From assembly GCA_004764695.1 (NCBI GenBank), contig SMSO01000037.1:1960747-2024746 (forward strand): a stretch of 64,000 bases of DNA, given 5' to 3'. Within the stretch, counting starts at the first letter, position 1, and each line of letters starts with the position of its first letter. Below are positions 44,444 to 55,537 of the stretch, one piece after another. A model generated the notes under the pieces. That model worked only from the letters and a program-made list of their open reading frames with translations. It made no database searches and had not been told where the DNA came from. Origin of the DNA: Schizochytrium sp. TIO01. Its lineage: Eukaryota > Protista > Bigyra: Labyrinthulomycetes. Both the position numbers and the translations under genes were made by a program.

Positions 44444-46321
44444 ATGCTTCGCCCTCGACGCAACCGTGATGATGAGAACGCATATGTCTCTCTGGATGAT
44501 GACAGCTCTGACGTTTCGGGTCTGCATGGCGACTATGGCGAGTTATCTGCAGATGAGTATAGCTCGAACCGCTATTTCGAGGATCACGATGGGTCCTCAT
44601 CGTCTTACCGTGGAAGTAGCTATCTCCAAGAAGACCAGGGTCCCTCTGCCACCGAAAAGGCAACAGCTCGCGCCAAGGAGCTGACAGCCTCTTTTCAGGC
44701 CGGGGCATCCAAATTCTTCCAATCTACAAAGGACTGGATTAAGGAGAAGGCCGAGCAAGCCAACCAGGCTACATCATCATCAGAAAATGAGCACATGCAC
44801 CGCATGCCACTCTTCAGCAACGACCATGGAGGGCTTCAATCTCAGCAAGTGAGATCCAATGATGGTCAAAGTCGACAGTCTCGCAGTGGTAGAGGCGAGA
44901 GAAGTCGCAGAAACGAAAGGGAAATCGATCCAGCAAGATTGTTGGTGCAAGAGCAGGTTCCACTTGCGCTCGGCAAGGTGGTAAGCGGGGACTTGGACCC
45001 TTCGAGGCCCGAAACGAGAGCATTGTACAGAAGCTTGCCTGTATACGTTCCTCATGGTGTAAGCAAAGGACAAGAGTTTGTGGTGGCGCTGCCCACAGGT
45101 GAGGCGCGCCTAGTAGCTGTCCCGGCGAATATGGAAGCTGGTGAGCGCGTGACTATTGCATACAAAGGATATATTCATGACGGATTTGGTGTGGAGTATG
45201 TGGACGAAGAAGATGAGGATATTCTCAACGAGACGACGGCGGTGCCCGACGGCGGCCCTAAGGACTCGAGTAAACCTCGTAGTGAGCATGTCCGCAAATC
45301 TCCTGATGAACGACTCATTGATCTATACCGCAAGCACAACCCAGAGGAGCGCGATGCATTGCTGGAACGTGGCGAGGATGGATTCGGAATCCAGGTCTAT
45401 GATGGTGAATTTGGTGTACATGTTTACCACGCGGTGTTTGTTGGCGTGCAGACTATGATCGCTGCGGATGATGTGATTGTCAGTGTGAATGGCGAAGCTG
45501 TGGTTTGTCGTAAAGACTTTGAGCGGATACTTGCCACGGTGGAGGTTGGTGGCTACATTTCACTTGGTATTCTACGCAAATCGCCTCCTCCGGTGCAACG
45601 CTGCCCTGCTGGTCACCCTTTGCTTGATGTGGGTCCTCGAGATCCACTTCCCTTAGGTTCTGTATGCAACCGCTGCTCCCGACGCCTCTTCGACGTTGCG
45701 AAGGTTCATCGATGTACAGAATGCGATTGGGCGCTCTGTGATGAATGCTACCAAGGAACCTTCGAGGCTATGAACTCTGGCGTTAATGCCAATCGTGGAG
45801 CACCTGAATGGGCAGACCGTTACGAAGAAAGTTTCGGAGCTAAACTCAGTTTCTCAACCTTTGACAAGGGCACCAAACTTCGCATTTATTGGCACACCAC
45901 TGGCGAATGGTGGCTTGGCGAGGTGTCGAGCTACCAGCCTGGACGTGGGCACGAGATCGTTTACGAGGAAGGTTCTGGCCCCAATAAGCAAATGTCCAAG
46001 CAAACTATTCCCGATATTTCGCTGTATACATACAAAGTGTTACGACCTAAAAAGGAGGATTCTAAGCAGAATTTGGACCAGATGCAGCAGAAAGGACAAG
46101 AGGCTGCGAAAGAGCAGGAGGAGGACCTCCTTGCATCTGGGGGCGAATCCTTTATGCTTAATGATGATGAGCGGTCACTTTTGGAGTCGATTGAGAAAGA
46201 TCTTGGTTCCGGTATCGAAGAGGATCTTTCTTCAACTTCGCCATCTGCGGTGGGCACTGTAGAGAATGATAGTGGCGCAAAATCGACACAGCAGCACCAA
46301 CAAGATGGTAGCCTTTTATAA
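44444..46321 (+). CDS. Multidomain protein: PDZ, ZZ-like zinc finger, Tudor-like domain
   Basis: GEDGFGI..DDVIVSVNG (PDZ); CPAGH..CNRC..CTECDWALCDEC; LRIYW..WWLGEV..Y..GHEIVY. Confidence 0.8.
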   Translation: MLRPRRNRDDENAYVSLDDDSSDVSGLHGDYGELSADEYSSNRYFEDHDGSSSSYRGSSYLQEDQGPSATEKATARAKELTASFQAGASKFFQSTKDWIKEKAEQANQATSSSENEHMHRMPLFSNDHGGLQSQQVRSNDGQSRQSRSGRGERSRRNEREIDPARLLVQEQVPLALGKVVSGDLDPSRPETRALYRSLPVYVPHGVSKGQEFVVALPTGEARLVAVPANMEAGERVTIAYKGYIHDGFGVEYVDEEDEDILNETTAVPDGGPKDSSKPRSEHVRKSPDERLIDLYRKHNPEERDALLERGEDGFGIQVYDGEFGVHVYHAVFVGVQTMIAADDVIVSVNGEAVVCRKDFERILATVEVGGYISLGILRKSPPPVQRCPAGHPLLDVGPRDPLPLGSVCNRCSRRLFDVAKVHRCTECDWALCDECYQGTFEAMNSGVNANRGAPEWADRYEESFGAKLSFSTFDKGTKLRIYWHTTGEWWLGEVSSYQPGRGHEIVYEEGSGPNKQMSKQTIPDISLYTYKVLRPKKEDSKQNLDQMQQKGQEAAKEQEEDLLASGGESFMLNDDERSLLESIEKDLGSGIEEDLSSTSPSAVGTVENDSGAKSTQQHQQDGSLL

Positions 46322-47267
46322 CCAGCCCAGTTGTATGTAAACGAATTCTTCTGCGCCGCATTGCGCGAAACTTGGATGCCAAGAGCGTTGCTTGAGGTGA
46401 GTTTCTGTTCTATGGATATCATACAGTATTCCAGAGGAGAGGTATAGTATATCATTCATATTGACTCAAAGTAGCCATTTTATTACCTACGATTCAAGTT
46501 AATCTATACACTTTTGCACCAACAAAATTATTACTTTGCACTTACTTGCCAATCATCTATTGTTAAATTATCGGTGCTTCGTAAACCAGAAAAGTGAAAC
46601 ACATCTTGCTGATACAAAATTTCTTCCTGGAAAGAGTGGCAATGCGTGAGCCAGGCAAATAAATAATACACTTGTGAAAAAAGATTTGCAACAAAACTAT
46701 TAGCAGTAGCAAAAAGCAAAAGTAATAATGTGTGGATGATATGTAAAATTTCCTGATTCAGTATATAAGGTAGAGCATGGTGTTCATACCGTCAGCTCGA
46801 TAGTGCAAATCTACCCCGTAGTAGGGCCAGCAAAAGGTTGAAAGGTGTTTTATAGAACGACCGAAGGGATGCTGAACCCAATAACAAAGCACGAAACGAG
46901 CAATCTTGTGGACAAAGTAAGCGTCCATCAACGAACAAAGGCTAGCGATTGCCATTAAAATGCGTGTCTATCTCTCCAAGAATAGCACGTCATGTTGGCG
47001 CGGCTGGTGAGCATCTGAACTTTTTTTCTTCTATTTTTGACTTGTGGTTATTTTTATCCCCTGCTTTAGCTTTCTTTATTTGCCAGAGATTAAGAAGATT
47101 TCAAATAACAAGGTCATGGCTCTAGAGAGTCAAACAGTTTATGATGGCATCGACAGCAGCAATGTTGTGCAGTACAATAAATCTAAGGTGGAGAAGTAAG
47201 AAACGTGAGTGGCATATAACAAAAAGGTAAAGGGAGTGCTACAGGGATGAAAGAAGGGAGAACAACC

Positions 47268-49412
47268 TTATACCTGCGGGTTAGCGTGCTGGTTATCCCA
47301 AAGCTTTTTGTAGAGAGACCCGGGTTGAGCCAAGAGCTCATCGTGTGAGCCCGACTCTTCGACAACTCCGTTGTTAAGGACAATGATCTTGTCCGCGTTC
47401 CTTGCTGTGGAAAGACGATGAGCGATCAAGAGGGATGTGCGGTTCTTGGCCAAAGCTGAGAGGGATTCCATGATGTTTGATTCTGTTCGCGAATCAAGAG
47501 CCGATGTTGCCTCATCAGCCAATAGAATGGGTGCGTTCTTAAGCATGGCACGGGCAATAGCAACGCGCTGCTTTTCACCGCCAGAGAGCTTAAGGCCTCG
47601 CTCACCAACTTGAGTCTCAAAGCCCTCAGGCAGCATCTTCACAAGAGGCTCAAGGTGGGCCATGCGCGCTACCTCCTCGACACGTTCACGGGGTGCATTA
47701 AAATCTGCATAGTGCAAGTTGTAGTACAGAGTGTCATTAAACATGACTGTGTCTTGCGGAATTACACCAATGTGTTGACGTAAGCTATCAAGCTGAACAT
47801 CCCGAGTGTCTGCACCATGTACAAGAACTTTGCCTTGGTCAGCATCGTAAAACCGGAACAAGAGGCGAAGCAATGTAGATTTACCACATCCGGAGGGGCC
47901 AACAATTGCAACAGTCTGGCCGTGCGGAATCTTCAAATTCAGGCCACGCAAAATAGGGCGTTCCTTTGAATAACCAAACCAAACGTCTCGGAATTCAATT
48001 TCTGGCATGCTCAAGTCAGCAGGCATTGGAGGTAGAGGAATAGCATCTGATTTTGTGGAGATTCGCGTTTGTTGACGTTGCAAGAGAAACATCTCATCCA
48101 TGTCAATGAGTGCTTGACGCAACTCACGGTACACAGACCCAACAAAGTTCAATGGAACTGAGAGCTGGAAGAGCAAGCCGTTGACGAGAACGAGATCACC
48201 GACAGTCATTGTGCCCTGGCAAATTTCGTTAGCTGCCATGTACATGACCGCGGTGAGGCCTACAGAGAAAATTGCATTTTGGCCAAAGTTGAGCCATGCC
48301 AATGAAGTCTGCGTCTTCAAAGAGGCCTTTTCGAACTCCTGGAGTGAGGAGTCGTAGCGATTAGCCTCATGGAGATCATTTGTAAAGTACTTCACTGTCT
48401 CGTAGTTAATGAGGGAGTCCACTACTTTTGCACTAGCGTCGTTTTCAGAAGAGTTCATATCCTTGCGAATTGCTGTACGCCAGTTTGTGGTGCGGATTGT
48501 AAACCAAACGTAGATAGAAAGTGTAGCAAGAGTGATAGCGGCGTAACTCGGGCCTGCACGGTATGCAAGCAGGCCACTCACCATGCTGAGCTCTAGGGCG
48601 GTAGGTACGACGCGAAAGACTAATGATGACAGCACAAAATCAATAGAGCGACCACCACGGTCAATTACCCGCGAGAGACGTCCAGTCTGACGATTAAGGT
48701 GAAAGGAAAGGTCCATTGAGTGTAGGTGTAGAAAAACGTTGCGAGCAACCTTCCGAATAGCGGATTGTGCTACGGATGCAAAAACAGCGTTACGACCCTC
48801 TTGAAAACCACTGCCACCGGCACGGGCAAGACCATATATCAACACAAGTGAAAGTGGAACAGCAGCAACTGCCTCAGGACTAATTGTTTGGTTACTTCCA
48901 CCGGTCATATCATTCAGCTGGTCCACAAGTGCTTTGAAGATAAATGGGACACACACTGTGAGAACCTTGCCACCCACAAGCAACATCAACGCAATCACCA
49001 CTCTAGCGCGGACTTTCCAATTATCTTTGGGCCAGATGTGACCTAACATGGCGCGGAGAATCTCCTGCTCTTGTGAGCCCCTGGCAGACTTTGAGGTCAC
49101 CTTCGACGAGAGACCAGCAAAGTGGCTCTTACCATTTGTGACGGCAACCTTTCCAATCCGCGAAGCAGGTCCTGCGTGTGCAAGGCCAAACCGAGACTTG
49201 GCTGCGAAGCTAGCGATGCCAGTAAAGGTGTCAAGCTTTGCAATGTTTGATATCCGCGAGGGTGATGTGTTTGCGGCGCCGTGAAGCCACGAAGGTCTCA
49301 CTGCGAGACCTTCTGAGGCTGAGAAAGATACCCTTTGTAGCAATTTGGCCTCATTTCCGCGAATTCCGAGGCCCGAGAGCGCTGACCGCGACGATGAGAA
49401 GGCTCGCAGCAT
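47268..49412 (-). CDS. ABCB7: Mitochondrial ABC half-transporter ABCB7/Atm1 (Fe-S cluster export)
   Basis: Mitochondrial presequence-like N-terminus (ATG 49412); [20 protein letters not shown], Walker [26 protein letters not shown]. Confidence 0.95.
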   Translation of the reverse strand: MLRAFSSSRSALSGLGIRGNEAKLLQRVSFSASEGLAVRPSWLHGAANTSPSRISNIAKLDTFTGIASFAAKSRFGLAHAGPASRIGKVAVTNGKSHFAGLSSKVTSKSARGSQEQEILRAMLGHIWPKDNWKVRARVVIALMLLVGGKVLTVCVPFIFKALVDQLNDMTGGSNQTISPEAVAAVPLSLVLIYGLARAGGSGFQEGRNAVFASVAQSAIRKVARNVFLHLHSMDLSFHLNRQTGRLSRVIDRGGRSIDFVLSSLVFRVVPTALELSMVSGLLAYRAGPSYAAITLATLSIYVWFTIRTTNWRTAIRKDMNSSENDASAKVVDSLINYETVKYFTNDLHEANRYDSSLQEFEKASLKTQTSLAWLNFGQNAIFSVGLTAVMYMAANEICQGTMTVGDLVLVNGLLFQLSVPLNFVGSVYRELRQALIDMDEMFLLQRQQTRISTKSDAIPLPPMPADLSMPEIEFRDVWFGYSKERPILRGLNLKIPHGQTVAIVGPSGCGKSTLLRLLFRFYDADQGKVLVHGADTRDVQLDSLRQHIGVIPQDTVMFNDTLYYNLHYADFNAPRERVEEVARMAHLEPLVKMLPEGFETQVGERGLKLSGGEKQRVAIARAMLKNAPILLADEATSALDSRTESNIMESLSALAKNRTSLLIAHRLSTARNADKIIVLNNGVVEESGSHDELLAQPGSLYKKLWDNQHANPQV

Positions 49413-51077
49413 TGTATCCACTTTGAATCCTGCTCCAGTAGCCTTTGCGAGTCCGCTGCGGCGTACAGAGAGTCTATTATGTGTTCAAAAGTTTGAAATC
49501 TTGGCGCTTCGGCGATGATCGCCGATGCGCCGCAGATCTGGCACCTGGGTCCAACCAAACTAGGCGGCAGGCCTTTGAAGGTCCCCTGTGCCGAAATTTC
49601 CGCCCGCGATCGCTGCACGGCGCCTCCAGAGAGCGCCAAGCCGTCGCGAGTCGGGTCTGGCGCACCTCGTTTTAGCTCTGCCTGCTCCAATTTTGTCTCT
49701 TCCTCTCACTCTTTCTTTATTCTTTTTCTCTATCTTCTCAGACTCCCCTCCGCCTTAGCCTCTGTGCAGACAATACAAGACCCCAAGCTACAATACTATT
49801 TAACCCGCACGATGTCACGGGGTCTTTTAACATCAATATTCTCCGCTCCTCCCCTGCTTTCCCTATATTCAGCTTCGTCTCGGGCTATAACCTACTGTGC
49901 GGATGTCTGTAAGTAGGTTATAAAATAAAGTGCACTTGCCGCGAGCTATAACGTACTTCTGCGAAGAAAAGGGCGGTGTGAGCAAGTCGAGTATCTGCGA
50001 CGTCATTTCTATGAGATTGTTTTGGTGCGAATTTCAGGTGCCTCGCCTGACCCGCCTGAGTTCAATCTCCCGCTCGTCGCGAGGCAGACACGCATGGCTG
50101 CGCCTGTGCCTGTGCCTGGCCAGGCGGCTGGCCTCTGGCCGCAGCTGGCCTCCACGGCCCACCTCGCGAGCTCGCTCGCTCGCTCGCTCGCTCGCAGGGT
50201 ACCTGCGGGGAGCGCTTCGAGCGGCCCAGAAACGTCACAGCGAATTGCAATTGATTGATGTGATGTCCTTTTTGTGACAATTCGGTGACGGTGGAATGTT
50301 GAAGAGGTTAGACAGACAACTAAACTAACTCACCACTTCGCACTCTGTTCGATCCGCCGCTGATTTACCCGGAGCGTGCGAGCCTGCAAGCAAGCAAGCC
50401 AGCCAGCCAGCCAGCAAGCGTGCTGTGCCCGAGCGGTATCAGTTCTAATTCTGCGGAGGCGACAGCCTTTGCAGTCTGCCTCCGCGACGCCTTCGACGCC
50501 CATGTGCATAAGTTCTGTGGTTACGGATGGGATCTCTTTCATAAATTACCATGGATGGAGCAGAAGGCCTTCCTTCGTGAGTGAATGAAAGAACCTTGGC
50601 CTCCTGCACGCTCCCCGGCACGCTGCCCACCGGCCAGTCAGAGGACATCGGCCTCGCCAGCGACTCGAGTGCGCGGATGAGGATGGTGGTGGAAAAGAAG
50701 AGTGCTCTATCATTGCCATTGAAGAAAGAGATAAGAAGAGATAAAAGAGAGATAAGAAGAGAGATGAAATAGAGATATGAAGGAAGCTTTCTTTGTTTCC
50801 CTCCTTTTGCCGATAAAAACTATGAAAAGCTTTCTTTCTCTTCATGGAAGCAGCGGAAGGCGTAGTCTGGTAACTAGGAGGTAATGTGTGGGTATTACTT
50901 GGTAATTAGTTCGTTTGCATGGCTGCACACGTACATTTTTTTAATATATTATTTTTATAAATAATTAAAAAGGTAAAACTATTTTAAATTGGTTTAAAAA
51001 GAAGGAATCATTGGTGTATTACTAGTAATCAATAAAAGCAAGTTATTTAGAAAGGGTCTCAATTTAGAAATCGAGAA

Positions 51078-51109
51078 AAAGATGTCTCGCGACATTGCGA
51101 GACATCTTT
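51078..51109. repeat. Perfect 13-bp inverted repeat (hairpin) with 6-nt loop
   Basis: AAAGATGTCTCGC-GACATT-GCGAGACATCTTT. Confidence 0.9.
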
Positions 51110-53156
51110 CTCTGAACTACTATGAATAGCTTTCGAAGGGCTGGTGCAATGCTCCCCCCAAGCCCCAAGTCGCCTGACAAACAAGAATCAAGAACTATGG
51201 AAATGCAATTTGCAATTTCAAAGAAGAAAAAAGTAAGTTTATATATATTAAAGTGCCCACGCTTTTAGACCAGCTTGATAAACAATTCAAGGTTTCGCAG
51301 ATCAAAATACAAATGAATCGGAAACAGACGTGGCAGAGAATATTCAAAGAGAGTAAATATTCCAATCATCTATTATATCTGACTGTTCAAAATTAGATGC
51401 ACTAACATGAAGCTATTGCCATGAAAGTTGGAGGCAAGGTTTCCGGTCACGAAGGGACAGTTTACAACATTAGATTTGTGAATTATGGAAGACTGGCACC
51501 AGCTTTGAATCAGACCACACTTTGCTGCACAATCTACTTTAGGTTTATCTGAGTTTGTAACGACATAATTGAAACCCTCTTTCATGGGGGGACCACTATT
51601 GTAGTCTATCAGGTCTTGAGGTATACGCTTGGCACAACTGCCAGAAGGTTGTGAACGACATATAGATTGAAAAATACTCAATGAAATGCGGATTGTTTTC
51701 TTTGGGCACACAGTACGTGCTTGCTTGCGAATCAGAAAATATCTATTCAGCGAAATCGAGCCCGTGTGGCTAATCGTGTATTATACAAAATACTTCCGCA
51801 TATATAATCGTGTTTCATTGGTTTTCACAGGTTGTCACCTTGCCTTATGGACTTGGTCCATCGATTGTAGGTAGTACTTCGAGCTACAATTAAAATCAAA
51901 CAGCTTGTGTTTTTGACAAGGCGCAGATATTTTTTTCAGGATTTTTCTTCGTTCAAAGTCGCACCATTTAATTGATACCTATTTCCACACACACAAAACT
52001 AAATGAGAGGGAAACTACCCGTTGATGCAGCTAATGGACTGTCTTAATTTTGATCAAAGACCTTGAAAGCTTGAAGATAAAGAAACGTTGTTTAGTTATA
52101 CCAGCACCGCTAATTCATTCTTGCAATTTCTATCACTATTCAATGACTTGGTTTTGCAACACTTTCCTATCTGGCTTCTGCTGTGTTGTTCAATTAACTG
52201 ACTCAAGCTTCCCTCCTCTCCTGCTACCCACAGTTTGCTCTTATTAACTTCACATCTAAATCTCGAATACATGGCTATTGTTCTGGATAATCCGACTCTG
52301 AACATTCGTTTGCTCTATGCGTCAGCAGTTTAGGTTTCAAGAGATTTTGTCCAGTCTGCTTTTCTCAGGTACGTAATACAGATAGCAATTGCAAGATGAC
52401 CAAAAATGCACTGCAATACAGCCTTGCATGTGTATACCCAATTATGGTCCTAAGAGTGAATATCATGATTTGACTTCTTACCCAACTTAAAGAAAGTCGA
52501 AGGATTGATAGGAGTACCTGGTACCCTAACAGCATAACAGTGGTAGCTAGATAGATAGATACCTAGCTAGAGGTTCAATCCCAGATTTGCAGCACCACTA
52601 ATAAGCTACTCCAATCAATCCTTTTACTTCAAAATGGGTAAAAATTTAACTGCAAGACCTGAAGCATCACTCACGGGCTTGTTGAATAAACTGTGCCAAC
52701 CTACCTACTGTCTTTATGTAATAAAGCAGATATCACTTTCACTACCTGCCCATTTACTACCTAGTTAGGTACCTACCTACCTACCTACCTGCCTACTTCC
52801 CCAGGCCAGTCAGATGTGACCCTTGAAACTTTCCGGAACTGCCAACACTCCTGCTCTAAGTTTGCCAGTCTTGATTGTGTTGCAAACAAATACCGAAGAC
52901 TACGTTCTAGCTATCGCAAGGTTACTCTGTCCTCGAGGTATTGTCTAAACAATCTCCCGATCCACTGCGATCCACTAAGCAGAGCACCAAAACTCTTGGA
53001 GTGTTCCTTGAAAAGGTAGGTACCTACCTGATATGACGAAAATGGTATCAGTGTGAAGCCTAATTAATTCCTAAATCCGGCACGTGTAAAACTTTTATCA
53101 GGTTAAACTATAGGAGTGTCCATGGGGGGGGGTAGGTAGTACGCCAGCATGCATAT

Positions 53157-55100
53157 ATGAATAATGCCTTCGAGTTCATTTTTCTTTCATCTGGCAGCGA
53201 GATGGTCAACATCAATTCTGCAATGCGAAGGAGACGTTCATGGACTCTCTCGATAATGAGAATGCCGGTCTCTCATTGCAAAACGCAACCCAGTCGTCGC
53301 CCAGGGTCTTTAACTAGGCTTCGTGGTGATGTGCCACGTGCTTTGCGGCAAGCTGTAGCAATGGCATTGGCAATGGCCATTGCTCAGTTGAGCTGGACTG
53401 TAGGCGCCGAGGCTGTTACAGTAATGCTAAGAATGCCACGTTTAAGGGGTGGTATTGGGGATGGTGAATGGCTCGGTGCAAGAGGACTGTCCAGCGATCA
53501 GGAGCTTCCGTGGTGGTTCTACTTGCTGATGCCGTTCATCTCGGGAGCAGTGGGCTACGGGACTAATGTCGTTGTAAGTATCGTGTCAAGAATGTTTGAT
53601 GAACTTTTGGTCAAGCGATATTTGGATATGTTTTTTGGTACTCGTCAATACTAGAGTCTTGATACACTTATCGAGAATACAGAGTAAAGTGGGATGCATT
53701 TTACGGAGGCTTTGAGACTAACGCACAACATTTATTAATTCTTCCTTGCGTTTTTGATACACAAATTACATGCATGGCTATTCAATTTACGTAACCAGGC
53801 GCTGAAGCTAACCTTTGGTCCTCTCAAGTTTTGGGGCATTGAGCTCTATCGCATGAAAGACCAACCTGCCGGTTGCATCGGCTGGCAGGGCATCGTGCCA
53901 ACGAAGGCTGAAAAGATGGCCAGCAACTCGGTTGATCTAATGACTCAAAAGCTTTTCAATATTCGTGAGATTTTTGGACGAATTGAGAAAGATAAAGCTG
54001 CAGCTCATCTTAAAACTGGGTTTGAGATGACTCTTTCTCGAATCGTTGACAAACTCTCTGATGAATATATCATTGAGCACACAACTGCATGGAAAAGGAC
54101 CGAACAGGTTGTGAAAGATCAAATAATGACGTGGTCAGTTGCAGAACTTCCCGCGTTCACAGCAGGCTTCATGAGCGACCTTGTTGAGCAGCTCGATGAT
54201 GTATATGACCTGAAGCACATGTGCGTAAGTGAAATGGTGCTGCATCCCGAGCTTTTAGTAGATGTCTTTAAGTCTGTAGGAGCTCAGGAGCTTCGTTTTA
54301 TCGAGAACTCTGGCTTCTATTTAGGCTTTCTGTTTGGCTGTATACAAACAGTTCTTTTTCGTTGGGCTATTCCCACAAATATCAGCAACTACCTTCTTCC
54401 AATACTAGGTGGGTTTGTTGGCTATTTTACAAACCTGGTAAGTTCTCGTTTCCTGCTTTTCTCGTAGCCATGGCAATCATATGCTAACTCAAAATGATAT
54501 CAATGTGCCTCGCAACTATTCGTAACATAGATTGCTCTCAAAGCGATCTTCTCCCCAGTCGAGCCACGGCCAATTTGCTGTGGCCGAATAAAGCTCCAAG
54601 GCCTTTTTTTGAAGCGTCAACAAGAGGCAAGTGCTAAATTTGCCTCAAAAATGGTTGCTTCAGTTCTGCACTCAGAGAATATCTGGTGGTATATGATGAA
54701 TGGTCCCAAGGCTGAAAATTTTGAAAAGCTACTCAGGCTTCACGCTGATGCCTTCACTAGCCGCATGATTGGCTTTGCTCGCCCACTTGTTGAGTCTTAC
54801 ATGGGTGCAGAGAATTTTAAGAAAATGAGGGGGGATGTACAAGACATGACTGTCAATGAGATTGTTAATATTATTCAGTATATGCATGATTACACAGATC
54901 AAGCCTTAGACCTCGAGACTGAAATCCGAACTAAAATGCAAGCTCTCCCTGCTCAAGACTTTGAGCGAGTTTTGCATCCTGTGTTTGAAGAAGACGAGCT
55001 TAAGCTCATCTTAGTAGGTACATTTCTCGGGGTTGTTGTGGGTTTTTTACAAATGATCGTCAGTTTTGCAATCGTTGGAGATTTTTTCCCATCAATCTGA
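53157..55100 (+). CDS. DUF445-family membrane protein; 3 exons (53157?-53573, 53799-54437, 54531-55100)
   Basis: GTAAGT...AG phase-0 introns join GYGTNVV|ALKLTF..GWQGIVP and GYFTNL|IALKAIF..QGLF..RQ; C-terminal FERVLHPVFEEDELKLILVG; start codon uncertain. Confidence 0.85.
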
Positions 55101-55537
55101 ACCCTGAATTTTACTTTCTCCTGTCACTAGCATTTGTATTGTTTTGTTTACAAGGAACCATCATGTTCTCATGCAGGGTCATGCTCGCCATCCCACATGA
55201 ACCTCCTGCCTAAAAAATTCGGCAGCCTGGATTTACCTAGACACGAGGCGTTGTCACTTCTAAAGCATTTGAATAGGTACACTTTTTTTCTTTTTCTTTT
55301 TTACTACCTAACGTCGCTTGGTTGTTCATTGCCCTCCTTTTATGAGTTCGTTCTTTTACTATGCCAACCCCGTCACCTACAATGTCAAACTTGAAGTCAG
55401 AGGTGATCGAGTTTTACATGAGTTCATGTTTTTTCAACAGGCGGTGTGCAAAGCTACATTGACAAGGAGATTTGTGCAAAATCAGATTCCACTTCGCAAT
55501 ATACATTAGAGATACATATTTTTCATGTTAAGCCCAC

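Noticed and set aside
46531-46955. His-containing hydrophobic fragments resembling a fatty-acid hydroxylase relic
   Set aside because: The His boxes are incomplete and the similarity is too weak to call without a search.
49930-50850. Many short GC-rich ORFs
   Set aside because: Dominated by (CTCG)n, (CCAG)n and GAGATAAGAA simple repeats; no protein motifs.
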